From assembly GCA_028534125.1 (NCBI GenBank), contig CM052817.1, positions 52,764,001 to 52,828,000 on the forward strand: a stretch of DNA of 64,000 nucleotides. Reading direction: 5' to 3'. The position numbers were made by a program, and so were the translations under genes. The notes under the pieces are model-generated. The model made no database searches. It had not been told where the DNA came from and saw nothing but the letters and a program-made list of their open reading frames with translations. Below are positions 1-12,830 of this stretch, one piece after another (the stretch's first letter is position 1; every line of letters begins with the position of its first letter). This DNA comes from Lama glama (Eukaryota).

Positions 1-254
1 ATTAGGTATAAGAGAAAATCCATAATTGAAAAGGTTTGGGATAATTTTAAACCATACAGTACTTCTATGTACAAATTGATTTTGATTTATTTATCAATGA
101 ATTAAGTTAAGAATAAAGAGAAAAAGATTAGGTAACAAAACAAGGACTAAATATCTCCAAGTAATTTTTCAAAATTCTGATTCTATTCTATTCAATAAAG
201 ATGATTTTTTTTTAGCTTTCTTATCCTTATGGAAATATTAGTACACATTACAAC

Positions 255-768
255 ACACTTTTTGTTTATTTTGTGAAACTTCTTTCACTAATTCCTTTTT
301 CTCTATTATTTTTCTACGTTTTCTTTCTTGTTTACTGCTTTTATCCCTCCTTTCAACACCTATCTTTCTCTGTTTTTATTTGCCTTCCTCTTCCTTTTTC
401 TCCTTCATTTTCCCTTCCTTCACTCCCTACTCTTCTTTCTTTTGTTTTTTTCTCCTACTTCACATTCTTGTATTCCTTTTTATACTATCTACTCTTTGTA
501 CTTTCCCCTCCTTTTCAATTTCCACTTTCTTTTTTTGGTCCTCTTTTATTTTTTTCTTTCTCCATCTCTTTATCTTCCTCTTCCATTTCCTCTTTCTTGT
601 TTTCTTCTACCACTTCTTGTTTCTCTGCTTTTTCTTTTACATCATCCTAATTTTAGTGGGCTAAAATAAACCGAGAAAGTCTGTGTCACATTAGCGTATA
701 TGGTACCTTTTTAGGATGAACTGCTGTGCATCTCTAAATTTTTTTTTATTTATCACCAAGATCAAAAC
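255..768 (-). pseudogene. Candidate terminal exon with Glu/Lys-rich tail (FDLGDK*KKI*RCTAVHPKKVPYTLM*HRLSRFILAH*N*DDVKEKAEKQEVVEENKKEEMEEEDKEMEKEK...), with stops and frameshifts
   Basis: Acceptor tctcttttccccttacaatcag| at 769. Codon-periodic GAA/GAG/AAA run from 646 to ~540. Minus-strand AATAAA near 265 and near 87. Confidence 0.4.
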
Positions 769-835
769 CTGATTGTAAGGGGGAAAAGAGATCTGGTTGA
801 TTAATTATTTGACTTTAAAAATTTTGAATACAGCT

Positions 836-1224
836 GGAGGAGCAAGATGGCAGAGAAGAAGGACACTCATAGCTCATCCTCTCCCACAAATACACCAAAA
901 CTCACATCTATGGACCCACTCAGCCAACCAGAGCACCTGCCGAACTCTGACAGAACATCACCCTCTTCGAAAGACAGAGGCCAAAAATCTGGTAGAAGAA
1001 AAGGAAAAAAGAAAGAAGAAAAAGCAAAACAGTGTGGGACCTGTCCCGTGGGAAGGGAGCAGCAAAGGAGGAATAGTGCTCATTAGCTGGGTCTCCCCCC
1101 TCCAACAGAGAGGCCAACAGAATGGAGGGGGAACCTCCAAGGCTCGATCTGCCCCGAGCACCCCTTGACCAACAGAACTAAGTTAAATGGGCATAGTGGG
1201 TCCCTGCAACACCCAGCCCAATAC
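836..1224 (+). mobile_element. 5' UTR of a young LINE-1, cut off by the assembly gap
   Basis: Starts GGAGGAGCAAGATGGC (L1 5' terminus with YY1-type CAAGATGGC). GC-richer than the flank. Preceded by a TT|AAAA endonuclease-like site at ~816. Confidence 0.7.
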
Positions 1225-1724
1225 NNNNNNNNNNNNNNNNNNNNNNNNNNNNNNNNNNNNNNNNNNNNNNNNNNNNNNNNNNNNNNNNNNNNNNNNNNNN
1301 NNNNNNNNNNNNNNNNNNNNNNNNNNNNNNNNNNNNNNNNNNNNNNNNNNNNNNNNNNNNNNNNNNNNNNNNNNNNNNNNNNNNNNNNNNNNNNNNNNNN
1401 NNNNNNNNNNNNNNNNNNNNNNNNNNNNNNNNNNNNNNNNNNNNNNNNNNNNNNNNNNNNNNNNNNNNNNNNNNNNNNNNNNNNNNNNNNNNNNNNNNNN
1501 NNNNNNNNNNNNNNNNNNNNNNNNNNNNNNNNNNNNNNNNNNNNNNNNNNNNNNNNNNNNNNNNNNNNNNNNNNNNNNNNNNNNNNNNNNNNNNNNNNNN
1601 NNNNNNNNNNNNNNNNNNNNNNNNNNNNNNNNNNNNNNNNNNNNNNNNNNNNNNNNNNNNNNNNNNNNNNNNNNNNNNNNNNNNNNNNNNNNNNNNNNNN
1701 NNNNNNNNNNNNNNNNNNNNNNNN
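1225..1724. other. Assembly gap (500 N)
   Basis: Run of exactly 500 N. Confidence 1.
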
Positions 1725-2694
1725 ATGCAAACAATTTAAAGAAAAAAATTCTATGTTGTTGAATAGTACTGGAAATGACTGGAAGGTTGTCAAAATATTT
1801 TCATATTTTATTTATTTGAATGTAATTGTTATAATCTAAGGTTTGTCTTGAGCTTTATAAACATAGAAATTTGATTTTGTTACAACATAAAATAGAACCT
1901 CATTAACAAAATTCAAAGAAAGAAAGTGTGCATGTGTGAATTTATACATAATTTGAACAGCAAAAATGTGAGTAAAACATATACATTTATCACCTAAGTT
2001 TGTTTAAGAACTCAGCTCTAGGTCAAAGATTCAATAACCTATAATTTCATTGATTCTATCCAGACTTGGCCCTTTAGAGTCTTCTTTTAAGATACACTGT
2101 TGTCTTTTTAGCCCCCATGTAAAAATTCAGGAATACGTCTCCTAATCACCAAAAGATTACATATTCAGCTGTGTAAAGAACACTTAAAGCCCAAAGAGGA
2201 AGATAAATGATATATCAGAGAGCAAACAATTATTTTATTATGTATTGAACATATTTTATGTACTTGAGGCAATTTTTTTCTCCCTTATACTATATTCTAA
2301 ATTTTATTGCAGCTGAAGCAAATAGAGGACCATGTCAAACTTATAAAATTGGTGTGCCTGTAATTTGGAGTGCTTTTTTTTGTGTTTCTATGAGAATTAA
2401 TTCCTTTTTGTGTTCTTGAACTATTAGAGACTATAATTTAAGTATTAATTGTCCTCTTTTCTTTACTTGGAAGATTAATATGATTAGGTGAAAATGTGTT
2501 TATGTAATACTTTGATTATTTATTTTTTTCTGGAAAGAGTTCAGGAAAGCAGAAGAAAATTATGTAACAAGCTAAGGGCTAAGAAATCTCTGGACTGCAG
2601 TGCTCGGAGACCACTAGTTATATACACTCCTCCATGAGAAGTCTGCTGTAGTTGTATAACACAGGGTCCTGAGCCTACCACATCAGCGTCTTAC

Positions 2695-2746
2695 AAAAAC
2701 ATTAAATCTTTATCTGTTTTAGAAATTCTACTATAAAATGTTTTGC
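2695..2746 (-). pseudogene. Candidate exon (52 nt): KTFYSRISKTDKDLMF
   Basis: Acceptor cacattctttag|, donor ttt|gtaaga. Open. Confidence 0.3.
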
Positions 2747-3618
2747 CTAAAGAATGTGAGAAATTAAGTTTTCAATATAGATACTGGAGTACCTGGATGA
2801 ACATATTTGATATAACATTTTTAAAGGGATTAGAAGTTAAATTTTTTCAATATGCTGAACTAAATGCTCTAATAAAAAGGGAAGTAGAGAGATAGCTAAA
2901 AACTATGGAGTGGAGAATGCAAAAGTGAATAAGATAATGCAAATATCACACAGTACGACACTGACATGCAAAACATTTTGATGTATGAAGCTTGGAAAAT
3001 GGTTGTGAGCTTGGAACTTAGAAGACAATTATTTAGAATTTATAGTTTGGCCTTTAACAGTGATAGTGTCAAAATAAAACTTTAAAGCATTCTTTCTGCC
3101 TGGTGAGTATGATAAAAAATACCAATTCTGAAATAAATTTATGACTGTGCAACATTTCTGATATATCTTCCTATTTAATGTTTCCTTGGATGCAATGTTA
3201 TTTTGAAAACTCTCAACTGAAGGCCCATAAATTGATAAAAAATGTCAAATGTTTTTCTGAACAAACATTTTTAAAAAGAAAATTTATATTCTGGATGTAG
3301 TCATTTACTTTTCAAAACTCATATTGTTATTTTGCTTAAATAGTGTAAATCATCTTAATTCTCTAGAGTATCTGTTGCTTCGAATAACAATTTTAGTTTT
3401 ATTTGTGTTTGTTTCTGAAAGGTATTCTCACAAAAGCTAGTATATTACTTGTTATCAAACACTTAGATTGTTTTAGCTCAATGTATGTTCACATGATTGA
3501 ATAAAGGAGTAAAAACATTTTAAAATAAAGCTTTTATTGAGTATTTGTGAACTACAAAGAGAACTATTAATTTGTTGAATGCATATGTTCTTGCTTTCAC
3601 ATCATCAGATCTACTTGC

Positions 3619-3753
3619 CTTAGAATATTGTGATATAAATGCAATTTAGTAAAACAAAAATCAATATTGAAGTAGCTTTTTAATGATTTAACTTTGTCTC
3701 ATCCCTTATGAAATTTTTCATCAAAATCTTTGTGAAGATTTTTGCCAGAAGTT
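3619..3753 (-). pseudogene. Candidate exon (135 nt, symmetric): TSGKNLHKDFDEKFHKG*DKVKSLKSYFNIDFCFTKLHLYHNIL
   Basis: Acceptor ctcttgttcttag|, GC-type donor aag|gcaagt. One stop in the best frame. Confidence 0.3.
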
Positions 3754-4045
3754 CTAAGAACAAGAGTTAACTTGTTTGTTAAAATATGCATTTTAAAAGC
3801 TCTTTAACCTGCAGCTGTTTTTCATCATGTATGGAGGCATGCAAGAACTATGATATCATCTTCATCAATAGAAATTATCTCTTATGTTTGACTATGTTAT
3901 CATCTTGAATAGAAGAATAGGCACTCAACATATTGTGAATTCTCTTTGCTATATATTTATTTCAAAGTAACATTTATGTGGATTTATTTAGGAAATGAGT
4001 TCTCAACTGGCATAGAAGGACATTACAAAGTGAAACTTTACTTAC

Positions 4046-4186
4046 ACAAAAGTTATATTTCATTAAATATGAATGATAAAAGTGACATTGAATTATTTTA
4101 TGAGCAACAGGTCTCACTCTTGATAATAAGGTAAAGTGTCTTAACAAGGCTTCCTACTTCCCTGATGACGCTTATTATACTCACAC
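4046..4186 (-). pseudogene. Candidate exon (141 nt, symmetric; frame uncertain, stops present)
   Basis: Acceptor cttgtctttttacctagcag|, donor tgt|gtaagt. Length is a multiple of 3. Confidence 0.35.
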
Positions 4187-4419
4187 CTGCTAGGTAAAAA
4201 GACAAGTAATGCCTCAAAGAATGTAGAGGAGAATGCAAGGAAACAGGGTTTTCTGCTGGAATTACATGTCTGACCTTTCTTATTTTGTTTATTTGATTCT
4301 GAATTATTAAACATTCCTTTATTGGTAATTTTTGTATCTCTCTAAGCATTGTGCCATTTTAATTCTCTTCTACCTTATGATTGGTAGACCTTTGTTAGAT
4401 AATGGACAAAATAACTTAC

Positions 4420-4600
4420 TGGTGTAGACTAGAGCATAGTCCCTGGAGACAAGATCACTGGGACCGTATGCCAGCTCTATGACTTTTTGCTGTGCAACTT
4501 TGGATGAATAAATTAATCATTTGGTGCTTCAGTTTCATCTGCAAAATGATGATAATGATAGTACATTTTTCATAACTCTTGTAAGAATTAAATGTCCCCA
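4420..4600 (+). mobile_element. MIR SINE
   Basis: Degenerate MIR core: ...gcttcagtttcatctgcaaaatgatgataatgatagtac...gtaagaattaaatg. Confidence 0.75.
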
Positions 4601-4934
4601 TCCTATAGTAATTAATATGTAACTGTGTTTTATGTTTATAATCGTCATTATTATTACGATGCTGACTTTATGCTTTCTGCAATAGTGAAAAATTACCTGA
4701 CTTAACAGTCACACAATGTGAGGTTTCTTTTGAGCAATGGCACCATCATTAGAATATATGAACATTATAGAAATTGTACTATTTTCGTAAAGCTTTTGTG
4801 AGGTAATCTTCGCATACCATAAATAATTCTTCTTATATATATAGTTAAATGAATTTTGGTAAATGCAGAATTCATAGGGTCTTAGGATACCTCTATAATC
4901 ATTTTGCAACATCTCATCATCACTGAAAGTTTTC

Positions 4935-5865
4935 TTATATTCCTTTGCATCACTCATTCTCAGCCCAAGCAACTAATGATCTACAAAATAGAATTTAATA
5001 TATACATGGCATCATACTGTAGGTAGTTTTTTGTGTCTTTATTATATTTCCTAGCACACTATTTTTGAGATTCATCTGCATTTTTGTGTTTAGTATACTT
5101 TATTCACTGTTACTCTTTTGAAGTTTCCAATTGTAAGTATATACTACTTTTTATTCATCCATTCATCACTTGATGAACATTGGGCTCTTTTGGCTTAGAG
5201 CTATTCTTGGTTTAATGAGCTTTTGTAGGAAAATATGTTTTCATTTATTTTGCACAGATATTTATAAGTGGAGTTGGATCTTTGTAGGGCATATCTGATT
5301 CCGTTATTGAGAGGCAATGTCCTTCTCAGGGTTCCTCATGATGCTTATGTATTGGGAGATCTTTCCACTCTGCCTTGGTGCAAAAATATTATTCTCTGTG
5401 TGAGCACCAGGAATATTTCTGTGTACTCCTTTCTAGTGATTCTCTCCTTGGCTTCAGGTAATTTCTTTCCTACATGTGCAGATTAGTAACAGCCAAAACT
5501 TCAAGAAGGTACTTCTACAGACCTCTGGAATGCACAATTTCTCTCTCTCTCCTTCTCTTTCCAGTATTGCACCCTGCAAATTCCAGCCTAGGCTTCACTG
5601 CACTATGAGCTTAATATGTTCAATTAAGCTTTATATGTGTTCTCCCTCCCTGTGCTGCTGCCCCAAAACACTTTTAGTCATTAAGTTGTGTCAGTGGCAG
5701 GGCTTCTTGTTGGTCCCCTTTCTCTCAGCACTGTTCTGTGTTGACTATTACCTGATAACTGAAAAACATTGTTTTACATATTTTGTTCAATGTTCTGATT
5801 TTCATGTGGCATGAATTAAATACAGTTCTTGTTACTTTAGTCTGGCTGCAACAAAAGTCCTAGTA
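4935..5865 (-). mobile_element. Old L1M fragments (L1ME-like 3' region plus 5'-end-like piece)
   Basis: Antisense L1 phrases: tttttgagattcatc, ttattcatccattcatcacttgatgaacattggg, gttactttagtctggctgcaac. Confidence 0.6.
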
Positions 5866-5904
5866 AGTCTTCTTAACTCATCAAAATTTAAAAGTCCTAA
5901 TTAC

Positions 5905-6254
5905 ACAAAACTGAAATTGAGTGAACTTATTAAATATCATTTGTTTAAAAACTGAAACATGGTTTAACTTAATAAAATTGCAAAAATCGTATCAGAAATA
6001 TTAAAAAATTATATGTTTTTTTAAAAATTTAGTTTCTCTTCAAAGACATATTCAAATGCAAAATTAAATTGATAGGAAGCTTTTTGCTGATGATATTCAG
6101 CATATTAAAATAAATTAGTCAGAGAAGTTGATATAATTTCAATTCATATATTAAGGAGACTGTCATCAGACTAGTTAAAGTCCAGCATAATGGATAAGTT
6201 ATCTGGTTGACACATTTAAAAATAGAACTTTGTCAAAATATTAGCAGCTAGAGT
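5905..6254 (-). pseudogene. Candidate degraded exon: TLAANILTKFYF*MCQPDNLSIMLDFN*SDDSLLNI*IEIISTSLTNLF*YAEYHQQKASYQFNFAFEYVFEEKLNF*
   Basis: Strong acceptor ccttattttttacatag|. Protein-like frame with scattered stops; 3' boundary uncertain. Confidence 0.35.
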
Positions 6255-7178
6255 CTATGTAAAAAATAAGGGCATTTTTTTTTCTTTTGATTTATTTTTA
6301 AAGATTATTTCCTTAAGGGATAGCATCTGAGTATAGAAAAATATGTATTTTCTGAGGAATCTACATTCTATAAGGGAAATACACAACCCTGGGGAACATG
6401 AAGTTAAAATTTTAAAAGCTCTTTGGAAAAACTTTAATTCCAGAATTGCTTAATGAAACAAAATAATTGCTCTTATTAGTATAACTCATGACTTGGCCAA
6501 ATGATTATTTCATACGTATCTTTCCTAAAAATTAATGAAGATAAGTCAATTTTTACTAAGATCTTAGTGATTTGCTGACTTATTATTACATATTAAATTA
6601 ACAATAGTGCCACCAGTAATAAAAATTGGGCTCTGAGTCTGTGCTCATTCAGTGTTACTATCCCTTTCACTGTCAGTTCAGTTTGTATTTACATTATCGT
6701 CTAACTATTATGTTAAATTAAAGGAAGAAAGTTAGAGATAGTGTTACATAAGCTAAATTTTGCTAAATTCCCAAATTACAAGTTATTAAATTAAGATTTT
6801 TTGCCAATTAATTCATAGTAATTTAACTGTTTTTTATGTTTAACACATTGTGTTTAATGAAGTTGAGTTAACTCATGAAGATTCAAATTGTTTATTGATC
6901 CATGAAGAACATTTAACTTGTTCACAGTCTTCTTATACCAGTCATACTAAAGTAGCTCAGTTCTATTATTAATTCATCTCATATCTTAATCTGAATAGAA
7001 ATATCTGAGACAAGAATCATATAATTGTACAAACTGGTACAAAAAGTAAATACATAGAAGCTTGTCATATTTAAAAGCCTGATGGGAAACAATTTAGATA
7101 AAGATTTATTTGTAAGGTGATTTCACATTCTATTCTGTCCCCATAAATTTAGATATAAAATCGTTTTTACTCTTTGAT

Positions 7179-9089
7179 TGTAACAGACAGAATAATGCCC
7201 ACCCACCCAATGTCCCCATCCTAATCCTATGACTGTGTTACTTTAGGCAGGGAAAGGAACTTTGCAGATGAGATTAAGTTATGGATCTTGAGATAGAAAG
7301 ATTATACTGGATTATCTAGGTAAACCCAGTTTAATCACAATAGTCCTTATAAAGGAAAGAGAAGATGATCAGAGTGATAGATTATAATGATGGAACAGAG
7401 GTTAAAGACAAATGGAGATTTGAAGGTGCTATGCTGGTAGCTTTGAAGATGAAGGAGAGGCCACAAAGGCAAGGAATGCAAAAAAGGCAAGGAAATGTAT
7501 TCTCCCCAGAGCATTCAATAGGACTGCAGCCCTGGCAGCATCTTGATTTTAGGATGTCTGCCTTCAGAAATGTAAGTTAATCAACTTTGTGCTAACAGTT
7601 TTGTGGTAATACACTACAGCAGCAGTAAAACAAACAAACAAAAACCTAATACAAGTTTAGTATTGTAAGATGGATACTGAAAATGTGGAAGTAGCTTTGG
7701 GGTTGGTCAATAGGAAAAGACTAGAAGAATTTTGAGAAATCTGATCAAAGCAGCTTAGGTTGCCCTTAACTGTTAGTAGAAATATGGATATTATCAACTC
7801 TACTAGTGAGGAATCGAAAGAAAATAAGGATGATAGCAGAGATATGTAATCTTAAGAGAATATCTAAATCATCATAAGCAGATTGTTGGTACATATATGG
7901 TTGTTAAAAAGGCTGGTGGTGAAGACTCGGAAAATAATGAGGAACATGTCAATGAAAACTGGAGGAAAGAGTATATTTGTTATATATTTTCAGAAAGCTA
8001 TGTAGAAGTTTTTCCTACAATTATATGGAAAACAGAATTGTAAGTAATGAACTTGGATATTTAGCTGATGAGATCTTCAAGTGAAGTGACCTCCTCTCTT
8101 CTTCGCACTGCTTATAGCAAAATGTGAGAGGGAAGAACTCATTCTGAGAGGATTGTTTAGCAAAAAGGAGTGGACATGATGATTTGGAAAATTCTCAGTC
8201 TAATCAGAATGCAAAAGTCAGTTAAAGTAAGAAATATACTATCAGAAAAGCATTATCTTGGGAGAAAGCAGAAGATGTTACTAGATAACCATTTGCTAGT
8301 GCCTTAGAATAAATAAGTTTATAGCACTCAGTCACACAAAGGGCTTTTTGAAGAGATTAGGTATCTGAATCATGGATATCTATAGCCATTTCATTTGTTG
8401 CCAAAAAAAAAAAATAAGAGTTAGGTATATCTGAGAAAGTCCTGTGGAATACCTTCTTGTATAAATGAGTGAATGCATCTCCAGAACATACACGACATCC
8501 ATGGAAGACCCACAATGTCCTTAGTAAGTTAAAATAGCAGAAAAACAGCCAACATAGACTGAAAAGCTCAGAAAGAACATGAAATGAAAGACTGCTATAC
8601 TCCAAGTATTCCAAAGGCAGGAAACAGGCTGATAAACCTACTTAATTACAAACTTATGGAATACAACCTTCAAAAAGAAGGGTGACTTCTTGGGTTTGGG
8701 TAGAGATGGGACCCCAGGGGACAAGGGTAAATCTCAAGTCTTGAAACATAGTGTTGTTTATTCTACCTGAATTTTGAAATTGTTTTGGGCTAGTGGTTCA
8801 TTTTTCCTTCTACCATCTCCCTTTTCAAATGAGAATGTCTGTAACTGATCTCCTATGATTATCCCACCACTGTATTTTGGGAGCAAATTACTTTTGGCTG
8901 ATTTTCACAGGTTCAGCAATGTAAAGGATTTCACCCCCAAGACTGACTACACTCATCTACATCATCTTTAGATAATTTAGATGGTAAGATTTGGGACTTT
9001 GGAGCTGCAGAGATTTAGATGAGAGTTTGAAGTTAAGCTCTTAAATGTGTAGTAATTTGTTATAGCAACAATAGAAAAAGAGTGATATA
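7179..9089 (+). mobile_element. MaLR element: MLT1D-like LTR (7179-7653), MLT1 internal region, and last ~55 bp of the 3' LTR
   Basis: LTR start tgtaacagacagaataatgccc; core ctttgcagatgagattaagtt...gattatactggattatct; internal aaatgtggaagtagctttgg and ggaaaactggaggaaag; end gtagtaatttgttatagcaacaatagaaa. Confidence 0.85.
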
Positions 9090-9949
9090 AAGTATATGAG
9101 CTTATGATTATATGATTATCATTTTCCTTTTAAATAATGATCTAAACCACTATTTAACTTACTACTTCAATGTACATGCACACTAACATCTTCCAAAAGA
9201 AATTAGTGTTTTATCTATTAATTTTAATAGTCAAGAATCAATAAAAATAATAGGAAATATAAACAGTTCGCTTAAATAATAGACAACTTATGTAGGGCTT
9301 TTTCATGGACATTTACTCTGGTAAACAGGAAAAAATCATGCATTACACAGCTATTAACTTCCTTGGTCATATGTAAATGAAAAGAATTATCAAGAATGAA
9401 TTATAACTATATTTTTGTGCGTTTAAAAACCTGAAGCACATATTGGTGAAATTTAACCTCTTTGTATTAGGGTGTAAAAAATATTTCCAATATAATATTT
9501 TAATTTTATACTTTAAAATAGTGACTTTAGTTTAAAACAAAACAAAATTATTTTTTAAAATCAGGCAATATAAAAATTTAGGAAGAAATGCAAAAAAAAA
9601 ACTATTGAAAAGTTTAAATCAATTCCAAAAATTACATTTTTTCATCTATTAACATTTCAAAAGTTAGATACAATTTTTCATCTATTTTTCACTCTTCTCA
9701 TTCTCAGTCTCAGTTTCTTTTTTTTTTTTTCAGGTTGTTTTCTGCCATTCTTCACATTACTGTTGGGAATGTTGAGAGAGGATTCTTCTCTTTCATATTA
9801 TGTATTCAGCATGTAAAATTCAGTATGCAAATGTTTGCTTTAATTGGCACTACCTACCGTTAAAAAGGCTTGAAGACTCTTAACTAGAATAGCTCCTCTC
9901 CTATGATTAGAATTAAATAGATGATCCAGGCATGCTCCTGAGTTTCATA

Positions 9950-10860
9950 AAGGTATTTCAAATTTAAGATTTTTAGAATTACCCTCAAATCTGCTCCAGG
10001 TATGGAATTTTCTTCTATGGTGAAAGCTCCATTCTTCCAGTTATACATATTTAAATCTCGAAGACATTTTAGTCTCCTTTTCTCTTACCGTCTATATCCA
10101 ACTGATCATTGAGTTATTTTTTGTTTGTTTTGTTTTGTTTTTTTACTATTGTGGAATCTGTTTCTTTATTCTTGCTACAATTAAAGTTTCACAAAATTCT
10201 TCCAGTATTACTATAATAGTCTTTAAACTGGTATCACTCCCCAGACCTGTCTTCCTATGACAGTCCTCAGTACTGCTAATGTATAATATTTATAAACATT
10301 TAAACAAATTTAAACATTTAATTATTTCAGTAATGTCTTGATGGAACATCCAAGCCCCTTCCTTAAAAAGTTCACTGTCTCAGGTTTATCATTTGTCCTG
10401 ATGTTCTCCTCTAAATTTTATCAGAATTGCAGAGCTACTTCCAATTACTTATGTGGGCTATAGTGTCTTGTCCGTAGCCTTTTTTATGTTTCTATACCAA
10501 TAACTTTTTTATCATTCATTTTTCTATGCATTAGTCAGAAATTGTTAGATGTTGTACATTTGAATGAAAACTGTAAAGCCTTTATAACTCCTTTTTGTTC
10601 CAATAAAATATCTACTAATGTTCAAATTTTAGCTTAGTTATTAAATCCTCCAGAAAAAAATTATTTTCACTACTTCCCTATACGAACTTGTTTGTTCTAA
10701 TTGTTTCTCTGTTCTCCCACACATCCTGGGAAAATCTTTACCATAGTACTTGTTATAGTGTATTGTGATTTTTATTGTTTGTCTCTTATTTAGTTTGAAT
10801 AAATTATGGAAACTAAATCTATTTCTCCATCCAGGTCTAACTCTTGAGCTAGTTAAATAA
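9950..10860 (+). mobile_element. Degraded L2 fragments
   Basis: L2-like phrases: ctccattcttccagtt...ttagtctcctttctcttacc...tatccaactgatca; ttactataatagtctttaaactgg. Confidence 0.5.
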
Positions 10861-12180
10861 TAAGGAGCTTGAGACAATCAAACATTACCTGTAAAAACAA
10901 ACAAACAAGCAAATAGTGTAAATGCATTTTTAAACTTGTGTATTGATTAATTTCATATAATCACTTTACATTCTTTAAAAATTTTATCTCTACATTTTTG
11001 GACATAAATCAGTACACAATACTTATGTACCTAATCCTTTTTCTAATTTACTCCCCTGATTAGGAATACACATTGATAGTTTGTTCTGTGTTAACTAAGA
11101 GCTCTATTTTCGCTTGCATTTTGTTTCCCAATATATAGTACATTTAATTATTTTGAGCATGTAAATATGATGGTCATGACTTTTGTCATGGAATTCCTTT
11201 ATCGTTTATTTTGTACCCATAATTAAAAATATTAAATTAATTTTAGATTAATCATTTTAAAAGCATAGTTATGCCATTTTTAGAAATGTCACATATGTAC
11301 AAAGCCACAGTTTATTAGTTCTGTAGTGGACAAGAATATAGCAGAAATCTTTCAGTCTAGGGTTGTGCTATTATCTATATTAAATGCTAAAAGGATCCTT
11401 TCCTGGCTAATAACTGTAAAATCACATTTTAGTAGCAGCACATGCCAGTATAATATCCTTTTAAAGTATCCCTCCATGGCCACAAAACTCAGCAAAACAG
11501 CATATTTTAAAACTTGGCTCATGATGGCAGCTCTCCACTAAAAGCCAATTATTCTGGAATATTCTGGTACTAAAATGAATCACAAATGCTCCTCATTCAC
11601 TAGAGTCTCATGAAACACTTTCAAGGCAGAAATGCAGTTTAGTTGAAATAACAGATGGAATAAATGGCCCCCCTGAACCCAATTTAACAAATATTGTGGT
11701 TGCCATCCTGCTTATGATACTACTTTGCTCTGCAAAGCTTTTCTTAAAATTTGCCTGGTATTTGGAATCAAACAGGGTTGGTTTTATTAAACTAGAAATA
11801 TATAATCATGTATATAAGATAAATTTACACCAAAAATTCGAGTAGATGACACTACTCAAGAAAAACTATCAGAAACCATCAAGTAAAACATTGTAGTCTC
11901 ATTTTGTTTTGTTTTGATCTTTTATACCTTTTAAATTCTTTATTACACTGTTCATGCAGATTGCTCTGTTGGTTAATTATAGTTAGACTGTATCTCTTCA
12001 TAGCCTTTACAAATAATGTTAACCTATGGTTTCATAATTTTCAATAGGTAGGCATTACTCTTTGACGTTACCATACTTCCAATTTTAGCATGTGAATACA
12101 TATTTTAAGAGCAGATATTTTTCTCAGTTATGCTCCTCCTGTTTTTGTTTGTTGGATTTTTTTCCCCTTAAACTTCTTAC

Positions 12181-12355
12181 TTTTGTAACATAATTTTTAG
12201 AAAAAATATATGAGGCAACTGAAGCAAACTGGTATGTTAAGATTCTCCTATTGTTCGGATGCTTAAAATACATCATTTCAATGTTTCCTTTTATCAGTAA
12301 AATAGATTTCATACTCTTAGTTTGCATGAGCTTCAAAATCTTAACTATGTTTATG
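12181..12355 (-). pseudogene. Candidate exon (175 nt, phase 2-0, open): NINIVKILKLMQTKSMKSILLIKGNIEMMYFKHPNNRRILTYQFASVASYIFSKNYVTK
   Basis: Very strong acceptor ttcactttttttccttctacatag|, donor aaa|gtaaga. Fifty-eight open codons; core of ORF 12124..12411. Confidence 0.65.
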
Positions 12356-12487
12356 CTATGTAGAAGGAAAAAAAGTGAAGATCCAAATCTAACTCTGGTT
12401 ACCCCAAGCATCTCAATAAATGCATATTAAAATATTTAGAATTGTTATTACTGAAATAAAAGGGATTTACAAGTCTTCTCTTTAAAA

Positions 12488-12830
12488 CTAGGAAGCAAAA
12501 ATCATGGCCCCTGGACTGAATTTGATATTCAAATCATTTAAAATAGTTTTTTCAGTTGCATTGCTGTTGTTAATAGTTATCAAATTTTGAAATCAGAAGA
12601 TGTCTCACTTCATTTCAGATTTCAGGCTTCTCTTGAAAAAATAATTCATAGCAACACAAGGCAACAATTGAAGCATGTCCTCTGATAACATATGTGGTCC
12701 CTAATTGGTCTCATTTCAGGATCTATTTGTGCAGTTTACTTATTTCCCTAAATGTTTCTAGTAAATATTCTCGTTTTCTACCCTCAGGTAAACATGCCTT
12801 GCTTCCTCCAGAAATCATTTACCTCACTTC
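12488..12830 (+). mobile_element. hAT-Charlie-derived MITE (MER102-like)
   Basis: Motif ttgaaatcagaagat...cagatttcaggcttctcttgaaaaa...gcaacac. Confidence 0.5.

Noticed and set aside
273..669. Three plus-strand F/L/S-rich ORFs
   Set aside because: They are by-products of a pyrimidine-rich strand lacking stop codons. The coding-like signal is on the opposite strand.
797..1839. ORFs across the L1 5'UTR and the N gap
   Set aside because: Their length comes from Ns and from GC-richer UTR sequence.
9734..9860. Plus-strand acceptor after a poly-T run (similar isolated sites at 31904 and 47587)
   Set aside because: No in-phase chain of plus-strand exons could be built.
11928..12023. 96-nt minus-strand exon candidate (and a 55-nt one at 11085-11031)
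   Set aside because: Acceptors are weak, and the open frame of the 96-nt segment is out of phase with the 12181 exon. Possible but unsupported.
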